Origin: the human T2T-CHM13v2.0 reference genome, Homo sapiens
DNA: 64,000 bases
Assembly: GCF_009914755.1 (NCBI RefSeq)
Contig: NC_060948.1
Strand: one strand, 5' to 3'
The notes beneath the pieces were generated by a model. That model worked only from the letters and a program-made list of their open reading frames with translations, did not search any database and was not told the DNA's origin. This document shows positions 42,290 to 55,765 of this stretch, piece after piece (position 1 is the first letter of the stretch; each line of letters starts with the position of its first letter). A program made the position numbers and the translations under genes.

Positions 42290-44171
42290 TTTATTTCTGG
42301 AAATAGAGCATTAGTGCTTCTCACATGCAAAATATAGAAAAGAAAGAGGGAAAGGGCCACTTAAACCATAGTTCACACTGCAGTTAAAAAAGAAACTCAC
42401 CCTAGACATACCCCTTTTGAAGCCTCATCCAAGATATGAAGTTTAGACTCCAGATGAGACTGAGAGTAGAAAATGCAGGGAAGAAAAAATGCTCATGTGG
42501 CATCCTCTGTGAAGTGAGCAAGAGACAAGCATCATCAGGGTGTCACCCTAGCCCTGAAGTGCATGCACACCTGGTGTGTACGTCAGGAGGCTGCCAAAGT
42601 CCTGGAAATGGTGCATTGTTGTGCAGGCTCCTCAGAAGGTGTGGTGTTCATTACTGAGGGCACTCTACGTTCCATCCAACTACCAGCAGCCACTCCAAAC
42701 AAACAAATAAACAAACAGTTCTTCACCAAAGAGGCTACAGCTGCCCTAAAATGGATAGCCTCTTTCTTTTTACTCCCCAGGACCCATGGCATTATCCATA
42801 GGAAGAAGCGAAGTTGCAGGAAACCTAACCTGTCTTTTGTTTGCTTGTATACATTTCCTTCATCTGAACACTATGTTTCTCAACCCAGGAGCCAAATAAG
42901 TTTTGCATCCATGTATTTCGACTCCAAAAACATTCAAAGACAAAACAAAACAAAACATTAACCTTATTCCATAGTGATAAGCAGATAAGAACATGACTCT
43001 GCAGATTCATTTAAAGATCCATCAGAAATATCCTCAAGTGTATTGTCAACAGGATTTGAGAGATTATGCAACAAGAGTAATCATGGAAAGAGAACAACAT
43101 AGATCAAGAATATGTGAGATTAAATGGAAATGGTTTCTGAATATTTAAAATTACAATTACAGAAAAAAGGTGTGGATTGGAGGCTGAGAAATGTGAGTTG
43201 GATAATGAAATGTTGACTACCCTATAATTCAGATTTTTGAAAAATAAAGAGAATAAATGGATGAAGAAAAAGACATGTTATAGATGGAACACTGGAAACA
43301 CAACATGATTATAAGAAGGCAAAGGAAAGCCACCAGAAGCAGAATAAACCAGAGTCCTCTGAGAAAGGGATTTCAGATTTTATGATCAACCAGGCAAAAT
43401 TAAAGATATCTATGTATCCTGGTAATTTTTTAAAAAATCATCATTAAAGAAAAGAAATCCTATAATTTCCCTGGCAGAATAAAAGGATCACATGAAGATT
43501 GCACAAAGTAGGAAAAATAATCAAATGGCTCCTTTTAAATAGTAAATTCCAGAGTATAATATAGCAATCAATAGAATTATGAGAACCAATGATTGTGATA
43601 TAGATTCAATACTCATTTAAGATACTCATTTATAGAGGTGATAAAACCATTCTTACAAAGGAAGGTAGTTATCAAGTTTAACAGCCTCATTTTTGTCCTG
43701 ATGGCTACTTAAAGAATCTCTGCAACTTCTGGATATTCATGGTTGATCCAACAACTCATTTTTTCAATCTTAGACTTCAGTGATAAGGTGGGAATAAAGA
43801 GGATATTGTTCCATAGAGACTAAGACACAAAGATAAGTCAATAGCTGGTGAGGGGTGAATATTAATATTTTTTGAAGCTAGAAAGAATGTGGGTATTTTG
43901 TAACTCACAGAATAGACTGAAGCTGAAAGTCTTATCCTAAAGCAGCATTAGGATTTGTGCCTAAATTTGAGCCCCCAAAGCCTCAAAATTTAGACACAAA
44001 GATACCTCTCTAAGCAAGGGTACTTAGCTGGACTAATAGTAAGATTGATCAAATGTCTGGCTACAAAGTAGGTAGATATCTGAATCATCTGATCCACTCT
44101 GTGATTCTGGTGTAAATCCAGGAAGTTTGCCTTCTGGACACTCAAAACCAAATAGTCTGGATTCAAGATGG

Positions 44172-44245
44172 CAATACGATACTATGTGACACGACACGAT
44201 ACGACACAACACGACACGACACGACATGACACAATACGATACAAT
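44172..44245. repeat. (ACACG/ATACG)n pentanucleotide repeat
   Basis: GACACGACACGATACGACACAACACGACACGACACGAC. Confidence 0.9.
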
Positions 44246-44289
44246 AACTGAAACTCTACATTTTAAAAATGGTGAGTGCAATTGTGCAT

Positions 44290-44690
44290 ATATTTGATCA
44301 GCTGGAGTTGTCTTAGGGCTCATTGATGTTCTTTTCTTTATTAGATCCCATTTTTCTCTTTATGTTTCATTTTGCATAGTTTTCTATTGCTATATCATTA
44401 AACTCACTGAACTTTTCTTCTGTTATGTTTCTAATTGGCTATTATTTCTATCTAGTGTATTTTCATCTCAGGCACTACAGTTTCCATCTCTGTAAATTTT
44501 ATTGGGTTGCCTTTATATCTTCTAAGTCCCTGCTTTTTGAGCATATGAAATACATGTATAATAACTATGTTTAATGTCTTTTTCTATGAATTCTAACTTG
44601 TATGTCAGTTAGTTTCTATGTGTTAGTTTCCATTGATTGATTATTCTATCATTTTGCTACTCTTTCTGGAAAGTTTCTTCTGATCTTGCA
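44290..44690 (-). mobile_element. Ancient L1M fragment
   Basis: T-rich antisense L1 ORF1-like pattern (TTTCTATTGCTAT...AACTCACTGA...TTTTCTTCTG). Confidence 0.5.
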
Positions 44691-46687
44691 TGTGAATATA
44701 AAAAAATGATAAAACTGACTTAAAGCTATTATCACCATCATTATTATTAATGTAACATTATTTCAGTTATCAATATTGAAATAATTATTTCCATGATGTA
44801 AGTAATAGAACAGGAAAATATTTGCTGCCATAACATATATTTAATTTGTTAGAAACTTCCATTTCTACTCTCATTTTCCCTTTAGCACCCGAGAAGGCAT
44901 GTAACAGCTGAAAAATAACTTATGATTTAATTCTCACATGATTATTTCTTTGAGAAGGATCTATTTACTTGGATATAACATAGTGACCCCTTCCATTCAT
45001 TCCCTCTTGTCTGAGTAAGAATTCTTGTCTTTTAACATCCTCAAAGTTTTATTTGATTCACAGAACAACTTGCTAATATTAAATAATTTTAGCTCAGGAC
45101 ACAGATCTTTAAAATAAATTTAATTTTATCTTGCAATAAAGAATATTTGAACATTGTAATTGAAGATTATTAGAATTTATAAAGCCAGAAGATATATGTT
45201 TAAATTACCCAAAAAGTATCAAAAGTATTTTGTATCTTTTATATACTTTAAGAGCAAAAGCTCATTCAGATTTTTTTTTGCAATGACCAATTTCATTTAT
45301 TTTGATAAACTCTATGAATGGATTCTACCTTATATCAATGTTTGTATATATGAAAAAACACCCTACTGGTATTTTACCCAGTCTCACATCTCAGCTTACA
45401 TCCTGCAATGTTTTCTTTTTCTGAGCTCCTTCAGTGACAGTGTGTGTGGGTTTGTGTGTATGAGAGACAGTACTGAGGGCATGCCTTTTCATGTCCCAGA
45501 ACTACCCACTCATTCTTTTATCCTCTGCCCTCAGGGGAACACCAGTTTCTGCTGACCTCTTGTGGCTTGCTTGTTCTGGAAGCTGTTTATTATGTTTCCA
45601 GTCTCCTGCCAGCCTTTTTCATTTAATCTCCACTTCCTGGATCATTTTCTTCCTACCTCATACTTTATTTTTCTAATCCTCCTCTTGTAGCACTGACAAT
45701 TTTGATTTATAACATGTCTTGTATGGTCTTCTCTTTTCCTGGAACTGGTAATGTATTTTCTTTTTCACCCCTATGACCCATGTCTCTGCATCTAGCTTGT
45801 TTATTTCTCAGTGCCAAATACAGCCATCAAATCCCTTGTAATTTAGGCTCTGAGGCTTTTCACTTCTATTCTTTACCACAACTCCATTTTTTGTATTTCA
45901 TATTTTGTTCTTAAAACTGCATGATTCCCCAGCCCTACTGAGCACCAACCCTGTACACTTCCTCCCCACAACCCCACTCAAATTTGCTTCTCTAGGATTC
46001 TATTACATTAGTACATTCATTTGGAGGGTTTTCTTTAGTTCCCTTTCCAACTTTAACTATGTCTGCCTTGCTGCTTTCTTCTGTTCAGTTTCATCTCCAT
46101 AGACTGATTTTCAGTTCCAAGTGCTCCAGATGGGGCCATACACCTGCACTTTGATGGTGGAAATGTGAAAATATGAAGTTTGTAGCCCTGAGAATCAGGA
46201 TATCAAAATCTAAAATGTGTTTTGTTGTAAAATGAAACAGTCTTCTTTCTGCACCAACCCATTCCTTGCTTGTAAATTCTTTACAGATCTGGACTAGAGA
46301 TCCTCTTTTCTTTCCTTTCCTATTTCTCTGAAGTGATGATGTAAATAGGCCTTGTTACACACGGGAGAGTAACCTGTTATTTCTCCTAGACAGATCCCCA
46401 GGATTTGCTCCCATTTTAGTCTAATTTTGTCCCAGTTCATGCCCACTCCTTGGTTCCCATCCCATTCTCATATCTGGATACACTACCACTACTGTGTAGA
46501 CCAGCTCCTTGCAAACGTCATCAAACTCAAATGCTAAATATGAAGGTAAATAAAACACTGCTTCTCAAAACTCTTCTAGTACCCACTAAAATCATTTTGA
46601 AAAACAATATCCTTCTTTTCTTATTTTTAAGTTAGCAGCTAAAATTTTTCACATGCTTAACACTAGCAAAAGACATAATTACCTGCA

Positions 46688-46850
46688 CTCTCTCTCTCTG
46701 TATCTCTCTCTCTCTCTCTATATATATATACACATAAAATATACATATTTATAAATATGTATTGAAATATATTATATATACTTAAATCAAATATCATTTA
46801 TTAATGTTATTGATAAAAATCAAATATAAGTACAAATATATATATTTAAG
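46688..46850. repeat. (CT)n/(TA)n and AT-rich low-complexity tract
   Basis: Direct reading. Confidence 0.8.
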
Positions 46851-47039
46851 TAAAAATATTGAACCTGATGATTCAGATTATTCTGTTTATGAAATCCTAA
46901 CTGAACTCACATATATCCCTTAGGAGATTTGCTCTTAAGGTTTAGTGCCAATTCCAAACTCCATGGGTCTACAAATAGTTGCTGAATTATTATTTTAATT
47001 TTGTAAGTGTAGCTAACAATGCATTTTTTAAAAAAATAT

Positions 47040-47620
47040 GATTCAAAATCCACAGTTGATACTAACATTCACTCTTGGTGGTGTAAATTCTATGGGTTTT
47101 GACTAATGTATAATGATACATAGACATCATAATAGTGTCAGACAGAGTAGTTTCACTGCCCTAAACATTCTCTGTGCTCCACCTATTCATCCACTCATCT
47201 CTCTCCCCAAACTCCTAGTAACCACTGAACTTTTTATTGTTTCCATAGCTTTGCTTTTTCCAGAATGTCATCTAGCTGGTATCATAGTCTGTAGTCTATT
47301 CAGACTACCTTCTTTCACTTAGTAATATGTGTTTAATATTCCTGCATGTCTTTCATGGCTTGATAACTCATTTCTTTTGAGCACTGAATAATATTCCATT
47401 GTATTCATTCACCTACTAAATGACATCTTGGCTGTTCTTTAAGTTTCAGTGATTATGAATAAAGCTGTAATAAATATTTGTGGCAGATTTTTATATAACT
47501 TTTATACTTATTTGGATAAATACCAACAAATATGTTTGCTCGATCACATGGTAAAATTGGATTTAGTTTTACAAGGAAATGGCTAACCTTCGAAAATGGC
47601 TATATAATTTTGCGTTCCAT
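47040..47620 (-). mobile_element. L1MC1/2-like 3' end
   Basis: TTCACTCTTGGTGGTGTAAATTCTATGGGTTTTGAC...GTTTCACTGCCCTAAA. Confidence 0.78.
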
Positions 47621-47724
47621 TTGATGTTTTGTACACTTTTGTCTTCAGGACCTCCAAGGGCATCTGGCACACAGAGGATATTAATCAATATTTGTTTATT
47701 ACTAAATGACAAGAAGCACCTAGG

Positions 47725-47873
47725 CAGTGTCTTTAAAATGTGAATTTCCCAGCTAAATCCCTAGAGATTCTGATTCAGTAGGTCTGGAGTGGGTCCTTGG
47801 GATCTGCCTGTTCGGTCAGCACCCAGGGAATGCTAATGGGCATGGTCTGGAAACCACACTTTGAGAAACACTG
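47725..47873. mobile_element. MER5A-family element
   Basis: AGAGATTCTGATTCAGTAGGTCTGG...CACACTTTGAGAAACACTG. Confidence 0.8.
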
Positions 47874-48269
47874 GAGCTCATTCTGGCAAACTTCCCTGTG
47901 TGGCCATTTCAGAGAGGGTGGTCTTGGCCTCTTCTGAAAAATGGCAGTTCTTAATTCTTACTATTTCTGTGTCCCTGTGCTCTACATGGCTACTAGATCA
48001 TCTTTAAAATAAACAAGGCTTCCATAATGGGAGGTGAAATGGCCTTTTATTCCAAAATAGATTTAGTTGAATGAAGCTCAATAAATGTAAATGTAAATTC
48101 AGAACAGAGAACATTGGATAAGTATTCAAAACAATGAGATTGGCAGGGTATTATATTGTTCAAGCATAACGAAGACACTTAAACTCTACAGGGATATTCA
48201 AATACCTTCCTGCAACAAACGAAAAACTTGTATAGTTAAAAGCCACAGGAAGACTATCCTAAAACAAGT

Positions 48270-48535
48270 CAGTCTCTTATATAACCACAGTGCAATGATC
48301 AAAATCAGGAACTTAACATTGATACAATGCTAGGATGTAATCTAGGGACCAACTCAGATGCTCCCAATTGTGAGACTGTCCAAAATCATGGTTCAGTTGT
48401 CCTGTTTATTGAGTCTCTTTTAATCCAGGGCAGTTCCTTAGTCTTGTTATGGCATGAGTACTTTGCAATTTTTGTGTAGGATATCTTAAATTAGGGCTTT
48501 TCTGATGTCACTTTATGATTAATTTCAAGTTACAA
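48270..48535 (-). mobile_element. L1MC4/5-like fragment
   Basis: TATATAACCACAGTGCAATGATCAAAATCAGGAACTTAACATTGATACAAT. Confidence 0.6.
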
Positions 48536-49289
48536 CCTTCCTAAAAATGCTTCAGTTTAAAAGCAATCTATTTATCATTTAGCTCAAGGTGGATGGCTCA
48601 AGGTGGTGGAAACTGGATGCCTAAAAAGTGTTGGAAAAGTTTCCAGATTAAATTCTGATTTTCTATAAGATGAAATATTTTGGTGAGAAATAAAAGAATT
48701 CTGTAGGGTAGGGGTGTTTCTTCAAATTACCAGTATTGTAAACTGAGAGCATACCATCTGACATAATTGAATCTATCTTTTTTGTTTTTTTAACTTTCAT
48801 CCTCTCCTTTTTTGCTTTCATTTTCCTCTTGTAACTAAGTTATTGGGGAAACCAAGTGATTTCTCCTACAGAGTGTCCATAGTGTAGAATTTATAGAATG
48901 CTTGTTCCTGCTGTAGTTTTTAAATGAAATTCCCTGCAATAGAAAAAATAATACTCCGGTGATAGATACATAACTCCTGTTCCCAGTTCTAGCAGTTACT
49001 TAAGCAAATGTTTTCTAAGCCTTTAGCAAAAATTAAGAGCTACTTTGTAAAAGTCAGCATGGGTTTTCTAGGTAAACATTTGGCAAGGTTCTTCTCACTT
49101 CATTTTCTTGATGCAAGTAAGACTGGTAGTCTTGGCTAAAGTGTTCAGTCATGTTAAATCTGTATTTCAAAAAAAATGATTGGCAAAACGTTTTTATTTT
49201 TAAGAGTAGAATGCACCGTCTCTCAGAAAACTCTTCTATGTCAAGAACTTCATGAACACCAACTGGAATTCTCTCATGATCCTACAAAT

Positions 49290-49500
49290 CAGAAGTCAGG
49301 AGTCAGGCAGGTTTACATTCAACTCCTAAATTTCCCTCTTTCTAGCTATGATAACACAGGTGTAGAACTAACCTTCTAAATCTCAGTTTCCTTATCTGTA
49401 AGACAGTGGTAACTATAAGACCTGCTTTATATAAGGTGTAAAAATAAAATGTTGTGAAAATTAAATGCAGGTAAGTTCTTAATAGCTTTGTGCTATTAGT
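49290..49500 (+). mobile_element. MIR
   Basis: CTCAGTTTCCTTATCTGTAAG core, GTTGTGAAAATTAAATG. Confidence 0.72.
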
Positions 49501-50588
49501 TGTCAGCATTTCCATGGCACAGATGAGAAGACAAATGGCCTGATAAGCTAACTGTCTGGAGTAAAGTCTCTCAGCTCCAAATTTGGGAACCATCATTATT
49601 TCAATAATATCTTGCTGACTCCTTGTGGACAAGCCAAAAGAAAATGCGAGCTGAAAAGCCATACAGTTCTACAGATTTGCTTCAAGTTCAACAACTTTCA
49701 AAGGTTCCTTAAAAAAAGTAACCAATGCCAAAGCTAAAGTGTAATTTCTGTAATAGAGTGGGTCTTTATTGCCATCTCATCTGTGTGGAGATGGTGCTAA
49801 AATGTAGAGATGTTTTTCAGATGGCAAATGAAAATAAACAACTGCAGATAATGCTATAAGTGGGTTAGCATTTTTTAATTAATAGGTTAAAATAAAAATA
49901 TAAATTAAAATCATGAGATTTAATTCACAATAAATGAAATTTCTGAACTTGGTCCCATATAGAACAACTTTATAGATCCCAGATAAGTTATTGTTAGATC
50001 TTGAGCCTGCTGTGAAATGTAAAACAGGATTTTGGTTTAACTATTTGAATCTCTCCCTGTCTGCATTCAGTGAGTTATTTGATCCATGGAAAGAGAGATG
50101 ATGGATTCTGCAAGCAGCATATCACAAGCTCAGAGATTCCACAAGCGTGAATGACACTGGGAAACTCTGTTTTGTCACTATGGCATAACATTGAACAAAA
50201 ACCATGCCCCCTCAGAGTTTGTGCTGTGTTGCAACCAGCTGAAGATAAATCAGAAAATATGACCTGATGCTATTTTATAGAAATCTCCTTGTCCTGGGGA
50301 TTATTGAGGCAATTCCATGATCATGAAGTAGAACAATGCATACAGCCCATCCAGGAGAGAACCAGAGGACTCCAACTTCTCTATGGGAGCCCCAGAAAGC
50401 TGTTTCTGAGTGCTCCTCTCCTTCCTCCCTATCTGGACGTCAAAAGAACCAGTACTAGACCCGATAAGCCTACCTTGGTTGTCACAGGGGTGGTTTGTGT
50501 GGTGGCAAATGAGACTGTCCCAGCAATTGAAGGTGACTGTTTATGGAATTACATGGAGATGTTATGGGAGCACATATTCAGCCCCTTC

Positions 50589-50968
50589 TATAATGGGCCC
50601 AATTGTGTCCTCCCAAATTCATATGCTGAGTCTTAACCCTCAGGACCTCAGAATGTGGCTATATTTGGATATGGAACCTCTAAAGAGGTAATTAAGGTAC
50701 AATGAAGTCATATGGGTGGACCCTAGTCCTATCGAACTGTGGTGTTATCAGAAAAGATTGGGACACAGACACACACAGAAAGACAACCACATGAGGATAC
50801 AGAGGGAAGACAGCATCTACACCAAGGAGGGAGGCTTCAGGAGGAACCAGTCCTGAGACGCCTTGACCTCAGACTTGCAGCCTCCGGAATGTGAGAGAAT
50901 TAAATCTTTGTCATTGATGCCCTGGAGCCTATGGTACTTTATTAGTACATCCCTGGCTGATTAACTCA
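50589..50968 (+). mobile_element. MLT1B/MLT1A-like solo LTR
   Basis: AATTGTGTCCTCCCAAATTCATATG...CCTCAGAATGTG...GAGGTAATTAAGGT. Confidence 0.82.
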
Positions 50969-51774
50969 ATTTCCTACAAGGCAGTTGGCTTCAAGACAAA
51001 ATAATTTCATGTTGAAATCCCAACATACTGAGACACACGAGCTGATCTGCTGATAGTTCAATGTGCCAAACAGACAAAAACAGGGAACTGCTGTTGAACC
51101 CATGGGGCTAGCAGGGAGGTGAGGATTAGAGGAGTCTGGATTCTGGCCTCTCACCTTCTTTTCCCCACACCTACAGTCCCTGAGGATGTTTTGCAAGACA
51201 AAGTGTGGAAGTCACTGAGCTAGCACAAGTATCTGCAAACTAGAGGCCACTGTAAGCCATAATGGCCCTTCATTTTAAGGAAAGCCCATTGCAACCCAGT
51301 CTGTTGATTGCAGGGTCCTCTCTGGTTTATGATTTACATTTTGAAAACTTCTTGTAAAATTAGCTTATTACAAGAACATACATGTCTCAAAAATTTTGCA
51401 GCATTCTCCAACACAGACAGCATTGCACATTTTCACACACTAGAATTTTCATCATGGAAGGTCCTTGGTGATGGGTGGAACCTCTCTGAGAACCAGTTCC
51501 ACAATTCTTAGAGCCCAACCAGGTGGGATTTTCTATTCATGAAGCTGTGGCATACCTCATGCAGATCAGTCCAGATGCCTGATCAATTTTTCCTATAAAT
51601 CATTAAACTTGGATCTGTGTGGCAATGGACTAGATATAGCAGCCTCTTCAGTCATGCTAGGAGACCCTTGGGATAACTGCTGTCCTTTGCTGCTAGGCAA
51701 GACAATATTTCGTATATGTACCCTGCCCAGCCCCTGCCACCCTGGCTCACTCATAAATATTCTCACATGGGGTC

Positions 51775-51902
51775 TATGATATTGTGAATATATACATATA
51801 TATGATACACAGATATACACAAATACGCATACACATATATGTGTGTGTTTTATGCAGGCTTCATTACATAGGGCTGATTGACAAGTAGAAATGTGATTGG
51901 AC

Positions 51903-51941
<39 letters not shown>

Positions 51942-53141
51942 TTTTGTCCACAGTTCCCAACTTACAACTCCCATTACCCTTATTTTGGTCTTTGGCTATA
52001 ATGTTGGGACAGTTTAGGTCTCAGAAAACAGAATCTCTCTCTGAATTTCTTCTGTCCTCTTTTCCCCTGCCCAAGGCAAGATTGTAATCTGATTGTGGGT
52101 CAAAAGGCCCTCATTCTAGAGAGCATACTTCCCTATACCTTAGAGGAAGAATGCTACCCAGAGAGTCCAAGAAAAGTCTGAATAGACTCCTTCCTGTGTT
52201 TAGCTCCTGTATTTTTGGTCCAATTGCATTTGTACACAGTTATCAATCATGTCTATATAATGAAGTCTTCATGTAACCCAAAGAGGACTGGGTTCGAAGA
52301 ACTTCTGGATGACTGAACATGGTTGGAGGGTGGTGTTCCCAGGGAGAGCATAAAAATTCTGTATTCTTTCCCCCACACTTTGCCCTACATCTTTCTTTAT
52401 TTTATCCTTTGTAGTAGTCTTTATAATAAACCATCAATGTGTTTCCATGAGTTCTGTGAGCCACTCTAGCAAATTAATGGAACTAAAAGAGCGGGCCATG
52501 GGAATGTCAACTTGAAGCTGGTCATTCAGAAGTTCAGGAGTCCTGGAGTTGCTACTGGTGCCTCAGGGTAGAGGGTAGTTTTGGGGACTGAATCATCACC
52601 ATGTGGGATCTGACACTATATCCAGATAGAGAGTGTCCAAAGTTAATTAGAGGATACACACTTGTTGTCCACTGCTTGGTATGTGATATGATTTGGCTTT
52701 GTTGCCACCCAAATCTCATCTTGAATTGTAGCTACCACAATTCCAATGGGTCGTGGGAGGAATCTGGTGTGAGGTAATTGAATCATGGGGCCAGGTTTTC
52801 CCATGATATTCTTGTGATAGTGAATAAGTCTCACAAGATGTGGTAGTTTTATAAAGGGAAGTTCCCCTGCACACTCCCTTTTTCCTGCCTCCATGTAAGA
52901 TGTGCCTTTCTCCTCCTTTGTCCTCTGCCATAATTGTGAGGCCTTCCCAGCCACGTGGGACTGTGGGTCCGTTAAGCTTTTATAAATTACTCAGTCTTAG
53001 GTATGTCTTTATTAGCAGTGTGAGAACAGGCTAAGATAGTTTGCATGGGGAGAACTCTACATTTTGTTTGAGAAGTCTTCTCTGTTGTTTGCTGTGGTTT
53101 GAAAGCAGAAGGAAAACATGGTTTGAGAGTTTTTGCTTAAC
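51775..53141 (+). mobile_element. MER21A-like LTR with internal (TA)/(CA)n repeats, interrupted by THE1
   Basis: TATGATATTGTGA...GGTTTTTGTCCACAGTTCC...GAGTTCTGTGAGCCACTCTAGCAAATTA...; resumes after 53043. Confidence 0.72.
52684..53038 (+). mobile_element. THE1B/C solo LTR
   Basis: TGATATGATTTGG...CCCAAATCTCATCTTGAATTGTAG; TSD GTATG/GTTTG. Confidence 0.88.
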
Positions 53142-54483
53142 AGGGTCCCCTCACTCCTTGATGAGAAGTTACCCACTAAATATTTTTCTATATCAGTCAC
53201 ATGGAAGAAAGTGTGCTATGAGTGCATCCCTTGAAATCCTCCGGAAAATCATCCTGGGATTGCATCCTAACTCTGCTGTCACAATGAATGGGATTTTTAT
53301 GAAGGAAATGGCAGCCCTGAGTTCATGGCAAAACAACCCATCACCCCAGAAGGACAGAGGAGGTTTACTTCATAATAACTATTCTTAGGTGTGTCAGCTC
53401 AGAAAGAGAGGTAGGGAATCATAGGGAGATTACACAGATTGCTTCCTGGCCGTGGCCCTATAATTAGCTTGCAGAAGATTCTCTTCCAGTCTTTGGGGTA
53501 TAACAGAGAGATCCACATTCTTGCACTGCATGCTCACTGCTGAACTTCATCTTCTATCAAGGCTGTTTGAGAATGACGTTTTTGTTTGTGCTGCTGTCAA
53601 AGAGCTCAAATTCTGATGCCCTTCTTTTGCTAGGAATAGGTATTGCTTCAACTGAAAGTTGCCATTATCTCCGGAAGAGAATAGAATGGGAATTATAATG
53701 AAAAGAGAGGGATAGAAATATCAGCTTTCAAACTTTGCCTTTGTCATAACTATATTATTTATCTTTTAGATGACTGTGAAAATCTGAAATTATGGAGGGA
53801 GACAAATTACTATTTATCCTCCAGGGAAATTCAAAAAATTTCAGAAATGAATACTTAATGAGAAACTGTCTATACACTTGTCTCCTTAAATTCTGATGAC
53901 TAAAATTGTTTATTTTAAATTTTGTTCTATTCATATCTAGACTTGGCTATTTTTTCTCTATGCAGATAGCTGCTGAAAAAAGAAAGATGGTTATTAGATA
54001 GTTATTTGTTTAATTTTAGATGTTTTCTTATGTACTGCTATGCTCTATTTTATAAATGACTTGGGGATACAAGCACACATATACACACGTATCTCCATAT
54101 TTATTTTAAAAACTGTCTAGCTTTAAATCAAAATATAAAGTATATAAGGGAAAACAAGTTATCAACTCATTTAAAATTACAGGAAGGCTATAATTCAATT
54201 CATTCTTTGAAGCATTTTGAAAGGATAAGATGTGTCAATACATTGCAATTAAGTTGTTTCACTGTATAATTCATTTGCACTATGAAATCTCTGATGTTTC
54301 CTGAATTGATGCATCTTGTATCCATTTAAAATATACATGAATTATTTTCATTTATATTTGAGTTGCCACTGACTAAATTTGGATTTTTATTTCCCTAAGT
54401 GGAAATTGAGCTTTCCATTAAAACAATCAATGCCATTTTTTGTGTGTGCCAAGGTTTTCATCCAGTGATGAGTATACCTAATC

Positions 54484-55335
54484 TGTAGCTGTGGAAGATT
54501 AAGGTGGTCACAGATTCTTTTTAGTTTCTTTCTCTAAGAAGGAAAGCCTATTTTCTTGCCCTATAAACTGGGGCTTCCCTCCACATTTGATTATGTTAAA
54601 GTGCCGAGTCTGGACTTCAAGAAGCTCTGGAGCTTCCACTTCCTCTGCTTAAACACTGATATCTGAACATGGCTAAGCTGGCCTCCTGGAGAAATTGAGA
54701 CCATATGGAGCGGAGGTGCAGCCATCTTAGCTGTTCCATCTCTCCTAGGTTAGTCCCCATCCACATTACTGAGCCAAGAGATACCACAAGCAATAGAGAT
54801 GAGCAATCCTAGCTGAGCTCTGCCCAAATTAGCAAACTGAAGTATCATGTGTTAAATAATCAACTCTTGTGTAAGCCACTGTATTAGTTCATTCTCACAT
54901 TGCTAATAAAAACATACCCAAGGCTTGGTAATTAATAAAGGAAAGAGGTTTGGTTGACTTGTAGTTCGGCATGGCTGAGGAGGCCTCAGGAAACTTACAA
55001 TCATGGTGGAAGGGGAAGCAAACACATCCTACTTTACATGGCAGCAACAAGGAGAATAGGAGCCAAGCCAAGGGGGAAGTCCCTTATAAAGCCATCAGAT
55101 TTCTTGAGAACTTACTCACTATTATGAAAATAGCATGGGGAAACTGCCCCAGTGATTCCATTATCTCCCACATGGGCCCTCCCATGACAGGTGGGGATTA
55201 TGGGAATTAAATTCAAAATGAGATTTGGGTGGGAACGCAGTCAAACCATATCAGCCACTATATTTTTATGTATAGTGTATAGGTTCCTAGCCAAAAGATT
55301 CTTAGACTCAGGGGTAGCAACAGATAACTTAGTTG
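54484..55335 (+). mobile_element. Old MLT1(H-like) LTR interrupted by THE1D
   Basis: CTAGCTGAGCTCTGCCCAAATT...TAAGCCAC|insertion|GCCACTA...TAGCAACAGATAACT. Confidence 0.6.
54880..55253 (-). mobile_element. THE1D-like solo LTR
   Basis: TGTATTAG...CAAACCATATCA with perfect TSD GCCAC. Confidence 0.9.
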
Positions 55336-55643
55336 ACATCCCCCTACTAAACATTAACTGAAGACTTAATTACAAAATATATCAGTGCAAAGGCTGATAA
55401 AAGATAATATATGAAAAACAAACTTGGGTAATGAAGAAAATGCAATTATGTGTCAATATTTACCTTGTCCTTTTTAGAGAAAAAAAGCACAAAATTATGT
55501 TTTTTTATATATGATAAAAGCAAACAAGTGGACAAACAGATTGTCTCCTAGAGCCAGTTTTTTAGGGGGATTTGTCTCATAAAAAGTGTATATAGCAGCT
55601 ATATTAAAGAACATGCAGAAGTTATTTTTTTATATCTGATTTT

Positions 55644-55765
55644 GGCTGGGCATGATAGATAGCTCATGTTTATAATCTCAGCACTTTGGGAGTCTGAAGT
55701 GATGTAGTAAGCTGTGATACAACCACTGGAATCCAGCCTGGGCAACAGAGAAAGATGCTTAAAAA
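55644..55765 (+). mobile_element. Degraded Alu (monomer or internally deleted)
   Basis: GGCTGGGCATG...CAGCACTTTGGGAG...CCAGCCTGGGCAACAGAG. Confidence 0.7.

Noticed and set aside
43000-43620. A-rich stretch resembling ancient L1/HAL1 ORF1
   Set aside because: Too degraded to call from sequence alone
49770-49830. CATCTG/CAGATG E-boxes with a small inverted repeat
   Set aside because: Too few motifs to distinguish from chance without conservation data
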